Source: Actinomycetes bacterium (GTDB taxonomy: Bacteria; Actinomycetota; Actinomycetes; Streptosporangiales; Streptosporangiaceae). From it: 64,000 nt of DNA. The stretch spans positions 3,855 to 67,854 of the forward strand of contig JAOPYO010000237.1 of NCBI GenBank assembly GCA_025964575.1, read 5' to 3'. Of this stretch, positions 40,003-50,449 are shown piece by piece. How positions within the stretch are numbered: position 1 is the first letter of the stretch; each line of letters starts with the position of its first letter. The translations under genes and the position numbers were made by a program. The notes below the pieces were generated by a model. That model ran no database searches. It was not told where the DNA came from and worked only from the letters and a program-made list of their open reading frames with translations.

Positions 40003-40040
40003 TTTCGAGAGTCAATTTGAAATAAAAGTAACTCTCAAAA
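40003..40040. promoter_or_regulatory. AT-rich inverted repeat in the MFS-remnant/tetR upstream region (candidate TetR operator)
   Basis: TTTCGAGAGT-(18 nt, AT-rich)-ACTCTCAAAA pairs at 9 of 10 positions. It lies in the most AT-rich stretch of the window. Confidence 0.3.
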
Positions 40041-40104
40041 GATGGTCACTGCCAAACCTCTTCCAAGCTTGGCTTTGCCAGGATCACGATGTAATTTTGA
40101 TTAC

Positions 40105-40617
40105 ATGACAAGCAATGGAAGCGTGCAAGGCTGGTTCTCCGGCCGGCTGCCCGAGGGATGGTTCGAGGCGGCACCCGAGGTAGTGCTGGACCGCGAGGAG
40201 ATCACGGTGGTCGGCCGGCTGCCCGAGCCCACGGTGGTGGAAGACGTCTCGGAGGGTGTGCGAGCCGGTGCCATCGCCGGGCACCTTCAGCGGTTCCGGG
40301 AGGACACCCGAGACCAACGCATCGCCATCGCCCGTGAGGCGGAACACCGGTTCGGCCGCAAGGTGTCGTGGGGTGTCGAGTGCGGCGACCAACGGGAAAT
40401 GTTCACCACGCTCTCGGTTCCCGTCATGACCCGGCTGCGGCAGCCTGAGCGGCGCGTCCTGGACACGCTGGTCGAGGCGGGGGTGGCGCGCAGCCGCAGC
40501 GACGCGCTCGCCTGGTGTGTACGGCTCGTGGGCAAGAACGCCGACGAATGGCTCGGTGAACTGCGCGAGGCCCTGCAGCACGTCGAACGGGCCCGCGCCT
40601 CCGGCCCCGCGGTGTGA
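40105..40617 (+). CDS. Conserved hypothetical protein, C-terminal helical segment possibly RHH-like
   Basis: ATG at 40105, with good G/C third positions. The C-terminal RQPERRVLDTLVEAGVARSRSDALAWCVRLV is possibly RHH-like (my guess). No catalytic motif is present. Confidence 0.7.
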   Translation: MTSNGSVQGWFSGRLPEGWFEAAPEVVLDREEITVVGRLPEPTVVEDVSEGVRAGAIAGHLQRFREDTRDQRIAIAREAEHRFGRKVSWGVECGDQREMFTTLSVPVMTRLRQPERRVLDTLVEAGVARSRSDALAWCVRLVGKNADEWLGELREALQHVERARASGPAV

Positions 40618-40702
40618 GGAGGGCCGCCGCGCAGGGGACCGAGTGCGCAAAGGTTGGGTCAGGCGTGTAGATCACGGCTGTGAGCTGGCTTATTGTGCGG
40701 AT

Positions 40703-41320
40703 GTGGGGGGACTTCGCTGTGTCGACGGATCAGTGCTCGCGGTGATTCCTGTGCCGTCGCACGATCGCGGCGGCAGGCCTTTCGAGATCACTCTCGAGCT
40801 CGTACGTGACGGAGAGTCCTTCGGCTCGGTAGGGGAGCGCTGCGGCTTCCATCTGGCCCGGCTGGCCCGGCTGGTCAGTGTGGCGCGCGCCGATGACTCC
40901 CCTCAGGCCGTCCGGTGGGCCGACCCCGATGACCGTTTTCCCGACCCGCCGCTCGACCAGTCCGCTCAGGCGCTGCCCGCGCTCGCGGCCCAGTTGCCCC
41001 GAGAGCCGGAGTTGTTCTCCTTCCGCTACCGGGACCGGGGCGACCTGGCCAGCACCGGCGAGCTGCGCTGCTCCTTGCGCACTTCCTCGTTCTGGGTCGG
41101 AGACCAGGCCACGAGCGCCGCTGGCATCTATGGTGGCTGGCGGATCGCCCGCCGCGCGATCGTCGAGGCATGGGGGGCGGGAGGCCGTGGAATACGAGCC
41201 GTGGTGACGTCCACGGAGCTCCAACACTTCCTGATCGAGGTCCTCGAGGAGGCCGAACACGCAGGGGCAAGTTACAGAGATATGACGGTCCGGACATCTA
41301 CGGGGCGATTCAGGCGATAA
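40703..41320 (+). CDS. Hypothetical protein (orphan-like)
   Basis: This is the only long frame here not explained as an antisense shadow. The start is uncertain (GTG 40703 or 40733). By eye, third-position G/C is lower than in neighbouring genes. I recognise no motif. Confidence 0.45.
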   Translation: MGGLRCVDGSVLAVIPVPSHDRGGRPFEITLELVRDGESFGSVGERCGFHLARLARLVSVARADDSPQAVRWADPDDRFPDPPLDQSAQALPALAAQLPREPELFSFRYRDRGDLASTGELRCSLRTSSFWVGDQATSAAGIYGGWRIARRAIVEAWGAGGRGIRAVVTSTELQHFLIEVLEEAEHAGASYRDMTVRTSTGRFRR

Positions 41321-41365
41321 TTGGTTGTCGTTGCCACCACGACCATCGCTGGAGGAGTTGCCCAC

Positions 41366-42178
41366 ATGCGGGGTTCGGCTCGGATGAGTTCGGCGATTCG
41401 CCGGAGCAGGCCGTACGCGGGTTTCCGCGATCTCGTCTACCGGTGGTACGAGCACCGCGTCGAGGATTCCCTGCCTACCGACATCGTCCCGCGGCACGTG
41501 GGTGTCATCCTCGACGGAAACCGCCGTTGGGCCCGCTCCATGGGGATCGCCGACGTCAACACCGGACACCAGCGCGGTGCCGACAAGATCTCCGAGCTGC
41601 TGCACTGGTCCACCGAGACCGGCGTCGAGGTGGTCACGCTGTGGCTGCTGTCCACCGACAACCTGAACCGCCCGGCCAAGGAACTGGCCCCGCTGCTGGA
41701 GATCATCGAGAACACGGTCCAGCAGCTCGCCGACGACGGCTGGCACGTCAAGCCTGTGGGGGCCCTCGACCTTCTGCCCGACAAAACAGCGCGTGTCCTT
41801 AAAGATGCCGGTGAAGCTACATCTGGCGTCCCTGGGCTGATTGTGAACGTCGCCGTTGGGTATGGAGGTAGACGTGAGATCGCTGATGCGGTGCGCTCTC
41901 TGCTCTACGAGCAGGCGAGTAAAGGCACCAGCATCGAGGAGCTCGCTGAGAGCCTCGATGTCGAGCACATCGCTGAGCATCTCTACACGCGCGGTCAGCC
42001 CGACCCCGATCTGGTCATCCGGACGTCGGGAGAGCAACGCCTATCCGGCTTCATGCTCTGGCAGAGCGCACACTCGGAGTTCTACTTCTGCGAAGTCCAC
42101 TGGCCGGACTTCCGCAAGGTCGACTTCCTCCGTGCACTCCGTTCTTACGCCGCGCGGCACCGGCGCTACGGCTCTTAA
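41366..42178 (+). CDS. uppS: cis-Prenyltransferase (isoprenyl/undecaprenyl-type diphosphate synthase)
   Basis: ATG at 41366 lies 8 nt after GGAGGAG. The sequence is HVGVILDGNRRWAR...RTSGEQRLSGFMLWQSAHSEFYF. Confidence 0.9.
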   Translation: MRGSARMSSAIRRSRPYAGFRDLVYRWYEHRVEDSLPTDIVPRHVGVILDGNRRWARSMGIADVNTGHQRGADKISELLHWSTETGVEVVTLWLLSTDNLNRPAKELAPLLEIIENTVQQLADDGWHVKPVGALDLLPDKTARVLKDAGEATSGVPGLIVNVAVGYGGRREIADAVRSLLYEQASKGTSIEELAESLDVEHIAEHLYTRGQPDPDLVIRTSGEQRLSGFMLWQSAHSEFYFCEVHWPDFRKVDFLRALRSYAARHRRYGS

Positions 42179-42289
42179 CTCCCAGGTCGGGGCTGTGGCA
42201 TCTGTCACTTTCCCAAACTTGACAATGAGACGTAGCGTGGCAGCAGTGTTCCCCCGAGGTAAGGGCATCGTCCACCAGGCGAACACCTG

Positions 42290-43702
42290 GTGGCGCCCGA
42301 AGGAGAGCGAGTGGCCACTTCCTCCCCGCGCCGTGTTCCCGCACAGCCCGCTTCCGCGGCTGCTGGTACGGATCGGCGCACGTACGTCCTCGACACCAGT
42401 GTCTTGCTTGCCGACCCGGGGGCGATGACCCGGTTCGCCGAGCACGAGGTCGTGCTTCCCATCGTCGTCATCACCGAACTCGAAGCCAAGCGCCACCACC
42501 CGGAGCTCGGCTATTTCGCCCGGCAGGCGCTGCACACCCTGGACGACCTCAGGGTCGACCATGGCCGTCTCGACGAACCGATCGCCCTCGGTGATCAGGG
42601 CGGGACGCTCCGGGTCGAGCTCAACCACTCCGACGCGAGTGTGCTGCCCGACGGGTTCCGGCTGGGCGACAACGACACCCGGATCCTCTCGGTGGCCCGT
42701 TGGCTGTCCATTGAGGGCCGCGACGTCGTACTCGTCTCCAAAGACCTGCCGCTGCGGGTCAAGGCGGCAAGTGTCGGGCTGGCCGCGGAGGAATACCGCG
42801 CGGAGCTGGCGGTCGTCGAGTCCGGCTGGACCGGCATGCGTGAGTTGGAGGTGACGACCGACAAGGTCGAGGAACTGTACGAATCCGGCCGACTCGATCT
42901 CGAGACCGTGCTGGTTCGGGGGGCGAACTCTGAAACCCCCGTGGACGTCCGGGAGTTGCCCTGCCACACGGGCCTCCGGCTGTTGTCGGCCAGTGGTTCG
43001 GCGCTCGGCCGGGTGCTGCCCGACAAGTCCGTACGGCTCGTCCGAGGCGACCGTGAGGTCTTCGGGCTACGCGGACGCTCTGCCGAACAGCGGATAGCCC
43101 TCGACCTGCTCATGGACGAGGACGTGGGCATCGTGTCCCTCGGTGGCCGGGCCGGCACCGGCAAGTCGGCGCTCGCGCTGTGCGCGGGGCTGGACGCCGT
43201 GCTGGAGCGCCGCAGGCACCGCAAGGTCGTGGTCTTCAGGCCCTTGTACGCCGTCGGCGGGCAGGACCTCGGCTACCTCCCTGGATCCGAGAACGAGAAG
43301 ATGTCGCCCTGGGCCCAGGCCGTCTACGACACCCTGTCGGCGGTGACGACCCCAGAGGTCATCGATGAGGTTTTGGACCGTGGCATGCTCGAGGTGCTGC
43401 CGCTGACCCACATCCGGGGGCGTTCACTGCACGATGCCTTCGTGATCGTGGACGAGGCACAGTCCCTGGAGCGCGGAGTGCTGCTCACGGTGCTGTCCCG
43501 GATCGGCACGGGGTCGCGGGTGGTGCTGACCCACGACGTGGCGCAGCGCGACAACCTCCGGGTGGGCCGGCACGACGGCGTCGCCGCCGTGGTGGAGCGG
43601 CTCAAGGGCCATCCGCTGTTCGCTCATGTGACCCTGACCCGGTCCGAGCGCTCGCCGATCGCCGCTCTGGTCACCGATCTCCTGGGTGATATCGGCGCCT
43701 GA
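42290..43702 (+). CDS. phoH2: PhoH2: PIN-domain RNase fused to PhoH-like ATPase
   Basis: The PIN start is [13 protein letters not shown]. The PhoH part has Walker A GRAGTGKS and DEAQ. GTG at 42311 after GAAGGAGAG is a plausible alternative start. Confidence 0.9.
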   Translation: MAPEGERVATSSPRRVPAQPASAAAGTDRRTYVLDTSVLLADPGAMTRFAEHEVVLPIVVITELEAKRHHPELGYFARQALHTLDDLRVDHGRLDEPIALGDQGGTLRVELNHSDASVLPDGFRLGDNDTRILSVARWLSIEGRDVVLVSKDLPLRVKAASVGLAAEEYRAELAVVESGWTGMRELEVTTDKVEELYESGRLDLETVLVRGANSETPVDVRELPCHTGLRLLSASGSALGRVLPDKSVRLVRGDREVFGLRGRSAEQRIALDLLMDEDVGIVSLGGRAGTGKSALALCAGLDAVLERRRHRKVVVFRPLYAVGGQDLGYLPGSENEKMSPWAQAVYDTLSAVTTPEVIDEVLDRGMLEVLPLTHIRGRSLHDAFVIVDEAQSLERGVLLTVLSRIGTGSRVVLTHDVAQRDNLRVGRHDGVAAVVERLKGHPLFAHVTLTRSERSPIAALVTDLLGDIGA

Positions 43703-43714
43703 CCGTCTCTCCTC

Positions 43715-43761
43715 CTCCGTGATCATGCAATGGATTTCGCATCCATTGCATGATCACGGAG
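43715..43761. repeat. Extragenic palindrome, CGTGATCATGCA family (copy B, perfect); likely phoH2 terminator
   Basis: CTCCGTGATCATGCAATGGAT-ttcgc-ATCCATTGCATGATCACGGAG is a perfect 21-bp stem followed by CTTTT. Confidence 0.85.
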
Positions 43762-43818
43762 CTTTTAACGGTCCAATTCCGACTACTCATTGCGCTTGGG
43801 TGCCCGCTATCCGTCATG

Positions 43819-43836
43819 GTGTGATTAACATCACAC
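43819..43836. promoter_or_regulatory. CRP/FNR-family binding site, perfect TGTGA-N6-TCACA
   Basis: GTGTGATTAACATCACAC lies about 285 nt upstream of the TTG start at 44120. A TTGACA hexamer is at 43898-43903. Confidence 0.55.
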
Positions 43837-44119
43837 ATCGATCGCAGCACCGAGAAAGCCCAGGTCCTGGTGTGGATTTGGTCATTCTTAGGTCAAGTTG
43901 ACAATGGGTCTGCTGGGACCATTCATCACGTTTCGGTTGCGAGGTACCCCCTGACCTCGGGCAGGGTGGTGCGCCGTAAGCACCTCCCAGGTCCATGACC
44001 CCCCGGTTGGACGATCTGATGGGCATGCCGCTCGCCGCCTCTCTGGTGGCGGGTGAGCCCCAGGAGGTGAACGCACCTCGAGCGCGCCCATTGCGCGTCC
44101 GACCGTCGGAAGGATCGCC

Positions 44120-45037
44120 TTGTACGGAGACCGAAACGGGTCCCCCGATGGCGCGCCGGGACAGTCGACGCCGTTCTCGTTTGGGAATGAGAGCGAGCAG
44201 GGCATCGGCTGGGACGCCCCCCTCACCCCGGACTACGGCATACCGCCCACCGATGTGAAGGTGGCGGGCGGTCCTGCCACGGCGATGCCGACCCCTCCGG
44301 ATGACGAATGGGCCCGCGACGAGGTCGCCGACGCGGACGACTTGCGTCCCGCAGGCCGCCGATCGGCTTCTCCGGCGGGCCGCCCCGTGGCCAAGATCGC
44401 TGTAGTGGCGGCCGTGGCCGCCGTGCTGGTGGGCGGTGGGACCGTCGCGGCCTTCGCGCTCACCGGCGGTTCTGGAGGCGGCAAGGCCACCGCCGCGGTG
44501 GTTCCCTCGACGCCGACCTCGGTCCAGGCCGATCCGGCCAACGACCCAGCGGCCCAGCAGGCCGCCGAGGCCGCGGTCCGCAGGCAGTTGCTCGACCGCG
44601 CCTCCCGGGCCGCCCGGAAGGACTCGGGCAAGCACCCGGCGCTCGCGTTGAAGGGCTCGCCGTCCCCGAGCCCCAGCTCCAGCAGTAGCGGCAGCGGCGG
44701 CAGTGGTGGCGGAGGCGGTACGGACCCGATTCCGGCCGGTCAGGCTCAGCAGATCGCCAAGGGCATGCTGGCTAGCTTCGGCTTCAGCGGCTCGGGCCAG
44801 TTCGGCTGCCTGGTGAACCTCTGGAACCGTGAGAGCCATTGGAACGCCCATGCGGCCAACCCGTCGGGCGCCTATGGCATCCCACAGGCCAAGCCGGGCA
44901 GCAAGATGCAAAGCGCGGGCTCCGACTGGCATGACAACGCGACCACCCAGATCAAGTGGGGTCTCGGCTACATCAAGGCCCGCTACAGCACTCCCTGCGG
45001 TGCGTGGGGCCACTCCCAGTCGATCGGCTGGTACTGA
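44120..45037 (+). CDS. Membrane-anchored transglycosylase-like cell-wall protein
   Basis: TTG at 44120 follows GGAAGGA. It has an acidic/Pro-rich N-terminus, one TM (IAVVAAVAAVLVGGGTVAAFAL) and a Ser/Gly linker. I recognise the C-terminal CLVNLWNRESHWNAHAANPSGAYGIPQAKPGSKM...WGLGYIKARYSTPCGAWGHSQSIGWY as the actinobacterial transglycosylase-like/Apf C-terminal-like domain. Confidence 0.8.
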   Translation: MYGDRNGSPDGAPGQSTPFSFGNESEQGIGWDAPLTPDYGIPPTDVKVAGGPATAMPTPPDDEWARDEVADADDLRPAGRRSASPAGRPVAKIAVVAAVAAVLVGGGTVAAFALTGGSGGGKATAAVVPSTPTSVQADPANDPAAQQAAEAAVRRQLLDRASRAARKDSGKHPALALKGSPSPSPSSSSSGSGGSGGGGGTDPIPAGQAQQIAKGMLASFGFSGSGQFGCLVNLWNRESHWNAHAANPSGAYGIPQAKPGSKMQSAGSDWHDNATTQIKWGLGYIKARYSTPCGAWGHSQSIGWY

Positions 45038-45281
45038 TCCGGTCCTCACCGGAGGGATCGCCCCGCTGAGGGGTGCCGCTTCATCAACCGCCACGGCGCC
45101 CCTCTCGAGCCCATGGTTGGGCGTCCGTGGCGGATGAGCCGGGGCCCGCGTTTCTCCTGGAGTCACATCAGGAGTCAGGTCAGGGCGGCAGCCGGTGCCG
45201 CCTGGGATGGCGCGCAAGACCAGGTCGACGGCGTGGGCCGGTTCCCGGCGAGTGGCGTGGACGGCCAGGCCGCTCCATGTC

Positions 45282-46676
45282 TTAGTGGGGCCTGGTCATG
45301 CTGAGCACGTCGAGGGCGGTGTCGAGTTGCTCCAGGGTCAGCAGGCCCTGGTCGACGTAGCCACGCTCCACGACCACCTGGCGGATGGTCTTGCGTTCAG
45401 CGAGGGCCTGCTTGGCCACGACCGCCGCCTGCTCGTAGCCGAGGTAGCGGTTGAGCGGGGTCACGATCGACGGGGACGACTCGGCGTACTCCCGGCAACG
45501 GTCGACGTCGGCCTCGATGCCGTCGATGCAGCGGTCCGCGAACAGCCGGGACACGTTGGTCAGCAGCCGGATCGATTCGAGTAGGTTGCGGGCCAGCACG
45601 GGCAGCATGACATTGAGCTCGAAGTTGCCGGCGGCCCCGCCGAACGTGATCGCCGCGTCGTTGCCGATCACTTGGGCGACCACCTGGCACACGGCCTCGG
45701 GGATCACCGGATTCACCTTGCCCGGCATGATCGACGAGCCCGGTTGCAGATCGGGCAGGTGGATCTCGGCCAGCCCCGCGCGCGGCCCGGACCCCATCCA
45801 CCGGAGATCGTTGGCGATCTTGTTGAGGCTCACCGCGACGGTCCGGAGCGCGCCGCTGGCCTCGACGAGCGCGTCCCGGGCACCCTGGGCCTCGAAGTGG
45901 TCGCGTGCCTCCCTGAGCGGCAGCCCGGTGGCCCGGGAGACCTCCGCGATCACGCGGCCCGAGAATCCCGGTGGCGTGTTGATGCCGGTGCCGACGGCCG
46001 TACCGCCGAGGGGCAGCTCACCGAGCCGGGGAAGCACGTTCTCGAGCCGCTCGACTCCGAGCCGTACCTGCGCCGCGTATCCGCCGAACTCCTGGCCCAG
46101 GGTGACCGGAGTGGCGTCCATCAGATGTGTCCGGCCGGACTTCACGACCGTCGCGAACTGCCCGGCCTTACGGTCGAGGGCGTCCGCCAGATGCCGCAAG
46201 GCGGGAATGAGCTCGCCGGTGACGGCCCCGGTCGCCGCGATGTGGATCGAGGACGGGAACACGTCATTGGACGACTGAGACGCGTTCACGTGATCGTTGG
46301 GATGGATCTGCCGGCCCAGCCGCTCGTGTGCGAGCGAGGCGATGACCTCGTTGGCGTTCATGTTGGAGGAGGTGCCCGATCCGGTCTGGAAGACATCGAT
46401 CGGGAACTGGTCGTCCCAGGCCCCGCCCGCCACCTCCTGGGCCGCCTCCGCGATCGCGTCGGCCAACTCCTTGTCGATCACTCCGAGCTCGGCGTTGACC
46501 TTGGCGGCCGCCGCCTTGATGTGAGCCAGTGCCGCGATGTGCGCGCGCTCCAGCCGGGCCCCCGAGATCGGGAAGTTCTCCACGGCCCGCTGGGTCTGGG
46601 CCCGCCACTTGGCGTCGGCCGGGACCCGCACCTCGCCCATGGAGTCGTGCTCGATCCGGAATTCCTGCTCGCCCAT
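45282..46676 (-). CDS. fumC: Class II fumarate hydratase
   Basis: ATG at 46676. [30 protein letters not shown] and [11 protein letters not shown] (the SS loop) are present. Confidence 0.95.
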   Translation of the reverse strand: MGEQEFRIEHDSMGEVRVPADAKWRAQTQRAVENFPISGARLERAHIAALAHIKAAAAKVNAELGVIDKELADAIAEAAQEVAGGAWDDQFPIDVFQTGSGTSSNMNANEVIASLAHERLGRQIHPNDHVNASQSSNDVFPSSIHIAATGAVTGELIPALRHLADALDRKAGQFATVVKSGRTHLMDATPVTLGQEFGGYAAQVRLGVERLENVLPRLGELPLGGTAVGTGINTPPGFSGRVIAEVSRATGLPLREARDHFEAQGARDALVEASGALRTVAVSLNKIANDLRWMGSGPRAGLAEIHLPDLQPGSSIMPGKVNPVIPEAVCQVVAQVIGNDAAITFGGAAGNFELNVMLPVLARNLLESIRLLTNVSRLFADRCIDGIEADVDRCREYAESSPSIVTPLNRYLGYEQAAVVAKQALAERKTIRQVVVERGYVDQGLLTLEQLDTALDVLSMTRPH

Positions 46677-46773
46677 CGACGGGACCTCATGTTCCTCGCA
46701 CCAGGAGGAGGGCTTGCCCTCCGCCTTCACTCAGCTTACGAGTGCACCCTACGAGCCCGGGTGTACGAGAGCT

Positions 46774-48051
46774 TCAGCCAGCCTTCTCGACGGTGTATTC
46801 CTGGCGCACTCCGGCTCGGCCGGAGGTCTGCTCCTTGCCGTTGATCCAGACCCGGCACGAGGAGGGATCGTCGAAGACCGCCGTGAGGGTCTTCATGTCG
46901 TACTGCAGGCCCTGGCCCTTGGGAAGCACTCCGTTGTAGAGGACCTGTGCGTTGCCGGGTATCCCGAGGTAGACCTTGCAGTTGTCGCCGGTGGCCTGGA
47001 CGACCAGAGCGTTGGCGGCGGCGCCCGCGGGCGCGACCTTCGCCTGCGCCGTCGCGCTTGTGGCGGAGGTGCTCGATGCACCTTTGGGCGAGTCGTGTGT
47101 CATCCCCACGGCCAGCGCCCCGGCGCCGATGCCACAGGTCGCGCAGGTGGCGGCGATGAGGGCGAGGGCGATCAGCAGCCGTCGGCGCGGGTTGGTCTCC
47201 CGCTGGCGCCGGGCCCGGGGCCCTGCCACCGCTCGGTCCAGCCGGTCGATGACCCGGGCGTGGGACATCCGGCGGAGGGGATTCTTCTGCAGCAGCCCGT
47301 TGATCACGGGGGCCAGCGCCTCGGCTCGCTGCAGGGGCGCGGGGTCCTCGGTGAGCACCGCAGACAGCGTCGCCATCACGTTGGGGTGGTCGTAGGGCGG
47401 CCGGCCTTCGACTGCGGTATAGAGGGTCGCGCCCAGCGACCACAGATCGGACTGCGGGGTGGCCTTTTCACCCCGGGCGACCTCGGGGGCGACGTAGGCG
47501 GGCGACCCCATGAAGCTGTCCGACCTGGTGATGCGCGCCGACCGATCCGTGATGGCCAGGCCGAAGTCGGTGAGCACCACCCGGCCGTTGTCGGCGAAAA
47601 GCACATTGCTGGGCTTGATATCACGGTGCAAAATGCCGGCGTTGTGCGCGGTGGAGAGGGCGTCGAGCAGCTGTCGGGCGATCTCGGCCACCTTGGCCGG
47701 GGGCAGCGGCCCCTCTTTCTCGATCAGCTGGTCGAGATTGGGGGCTTCGACCAGCTCCATGACGATCCAGGGACAGCCGTGCTCGACCACGACGTCGTAC
47801 ACATCGATGATCGACGGATGCCGTAGTTGCGCGGGCGTCCGCGCCTCGCGCAGGGTCCGCCGGTAGAAGACCGTGCGCTCTTCGTCGTTCAGGTCCGGCG
47901 GTGGTCGCAGCTCCTTGACCGCCACGGTCCGGTCGAGACGCTCGTCGTGGGCCCGCCAGACCGTGCCCATGGCACCACTGCCCAGCTCTGTAACCAGTCG
48001 ATAGCGACCTGCTATCGAGACGTCACTCTGCTGGGCCATGGCGCAAAACAT
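46774..48051 (-). CDS. Ser/Thr protein kinase with one TM and a small extracellular domain
   Basis: GSGAMGTVW, VAVK, HRDIKPSNV, DFG and SPAYVAPE are present. The C-terminal ATGDNCKVYLG...SSCRVWINGKEQ resembles a RodZ-C/DUF4115-like domain. Start is ATG 48051 or 48039. Confidence 0.9.
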   Translation of the reverse strand: MFCAMAQQSDVSIAGRYRLVTELGSGAMGTVWRAHDERLDRTVAVKELRPPPDLNDEERTVFYRRTLREARTPAQLRHPSIIDVYDVVVEHGCPWIVMELVEAPNLDQLIEKEGPLPPAKVAEIARQLLDALSTAHNAGILHRDIKPSNVLFADNGRVVLTDFGLAITDRSARITRSDSFMGSPAYVAPEVARGEKATPQSDLWSLGATLYTAVEGRPPYDHPNVMATLSAVLTEDPAPLQRAEALAPVINGLLQKNPLRRMSHARVIDRLDRAVAGPRARRQRETNPRRRLLIALALIAATCATCGIGAGALAVGMTHDSPKGASSTSATSATAQAKVAPAGAAANALVVQATGDNCKVYLGIPGNAQVLYNGVLPKGQGLQYDMKTLTAVFDDPSSCRVWINGKEQTSGRAGVRQEYTVEKAG

Positions 48052-48189
48052 ACCGGAATGAAGTGGGTTGCTGTTGGGCAGATGGCGTCAACGTCTTGGA
48101 TTTGGCAATGGATCGTGTCGAGGTTGGTGAACGCCCTCATAACTCCACGAAAACTGGCAGGTAGTTCCGTGTTTTTGGTTACTGGCGAG

Positions 48190-49833
<1,644 letters not shown>

Positions 49834-49885
49834 GTTTCCTGTTTCTTTCAGCGACTCTGACCGCCCACCAGGGTACGACCCACTC

Positions 49886-50318
49886 TCAGCGATCTTTCCG
49901 TCGAGCCGGGCGGAGGCCGATCACCACTCCGGCCGCCACCAGCGCCGCACCGGCCAGGTCGGCGGGTCCCAGGGTGCCCAGCCCGAGTGTGACGGTCGTG
50001 ACGACGGCGCTGATCGGGATGATGCCGGCGAACAGCCCGGCCCGGTCCGCGCCCAGCCGGCCGAGTGAGTCGTACCAGAGGATGAAGACGCCCACCGTGA
50101 TGAACCGCGAACAGGAAGAACGCGGCCACGGCGTAACGGACCGCCTGCCCGCCGAAGACGGGATAGTCGTTGATCGTGGCCGATACCGAGGCGAGCGTGC
50201 CGACAAAGAACATCGTGATGCCCGCGCCGGCCACTCCACGCAGCGCACCATGGTCGGCGCGGACGTTCGTGGTGATGACGGGCGAGGCGGGGACGCTGAA
50301 GCCGGTGGAACCTTCCAT
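49886..50318 (-). pseudogene. Decayed EamA/DMT family transporter
   Basis: One frame (49848..50318) reads an N-terminal EamA-like GITMFFVGTLASVSATINDYPVFGGQAVRYAVAAFFLF. A second frame (49886..50323) reads a C-terminal [59 protein letters not shown]. Together they give about 150 aa instead of ~300, which implies a frameshift near 50100 plus an internal deletion. Confidence 0.55.
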
Positions 50319-50449
50319 GGCATGGAACGCTAAGGACCTCGTGGCCCGGGTCCCAGGGCCAATTCCCTCCCCTGGACCGGACCAATTTCGTGGTCATGGC
50401 TCAGCAGCCGGGCATGACGTGATCGCGTGTCGCGAGCTCATGCCTGCGA

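Noticed and set aside
42227-42428. Alternative-frame 67-codon ORF ([14 protein letters not shown]...) upstream of and overlapping the 5' part of phoH2. It ends in an ATGA overlap with an in-frame Met of phoH2, reminiscent of the small upstream ORF (called phoAT, if I recall the name correctly) described for mycobacterial phoH2.
   Set aside because: The phoH2 frame upstream of that Met encodes the hallmark PIN start ([13 protein letters not shown]). phoH2 must therefore begin earlier, which makes the overlap about 120-140 nt rather than 4 nt. Third-position G/C does not favour the alternative frame.
45038-45281. Small ORFs (45073..45285, 45113..45304) between the transglycosylase-like gene and fumC.
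   Set aside because: The translations are Arg/Gly/Pro-rich with no RBS. The region is the convergent 3' spacer of two genes and has only weak hairpins.
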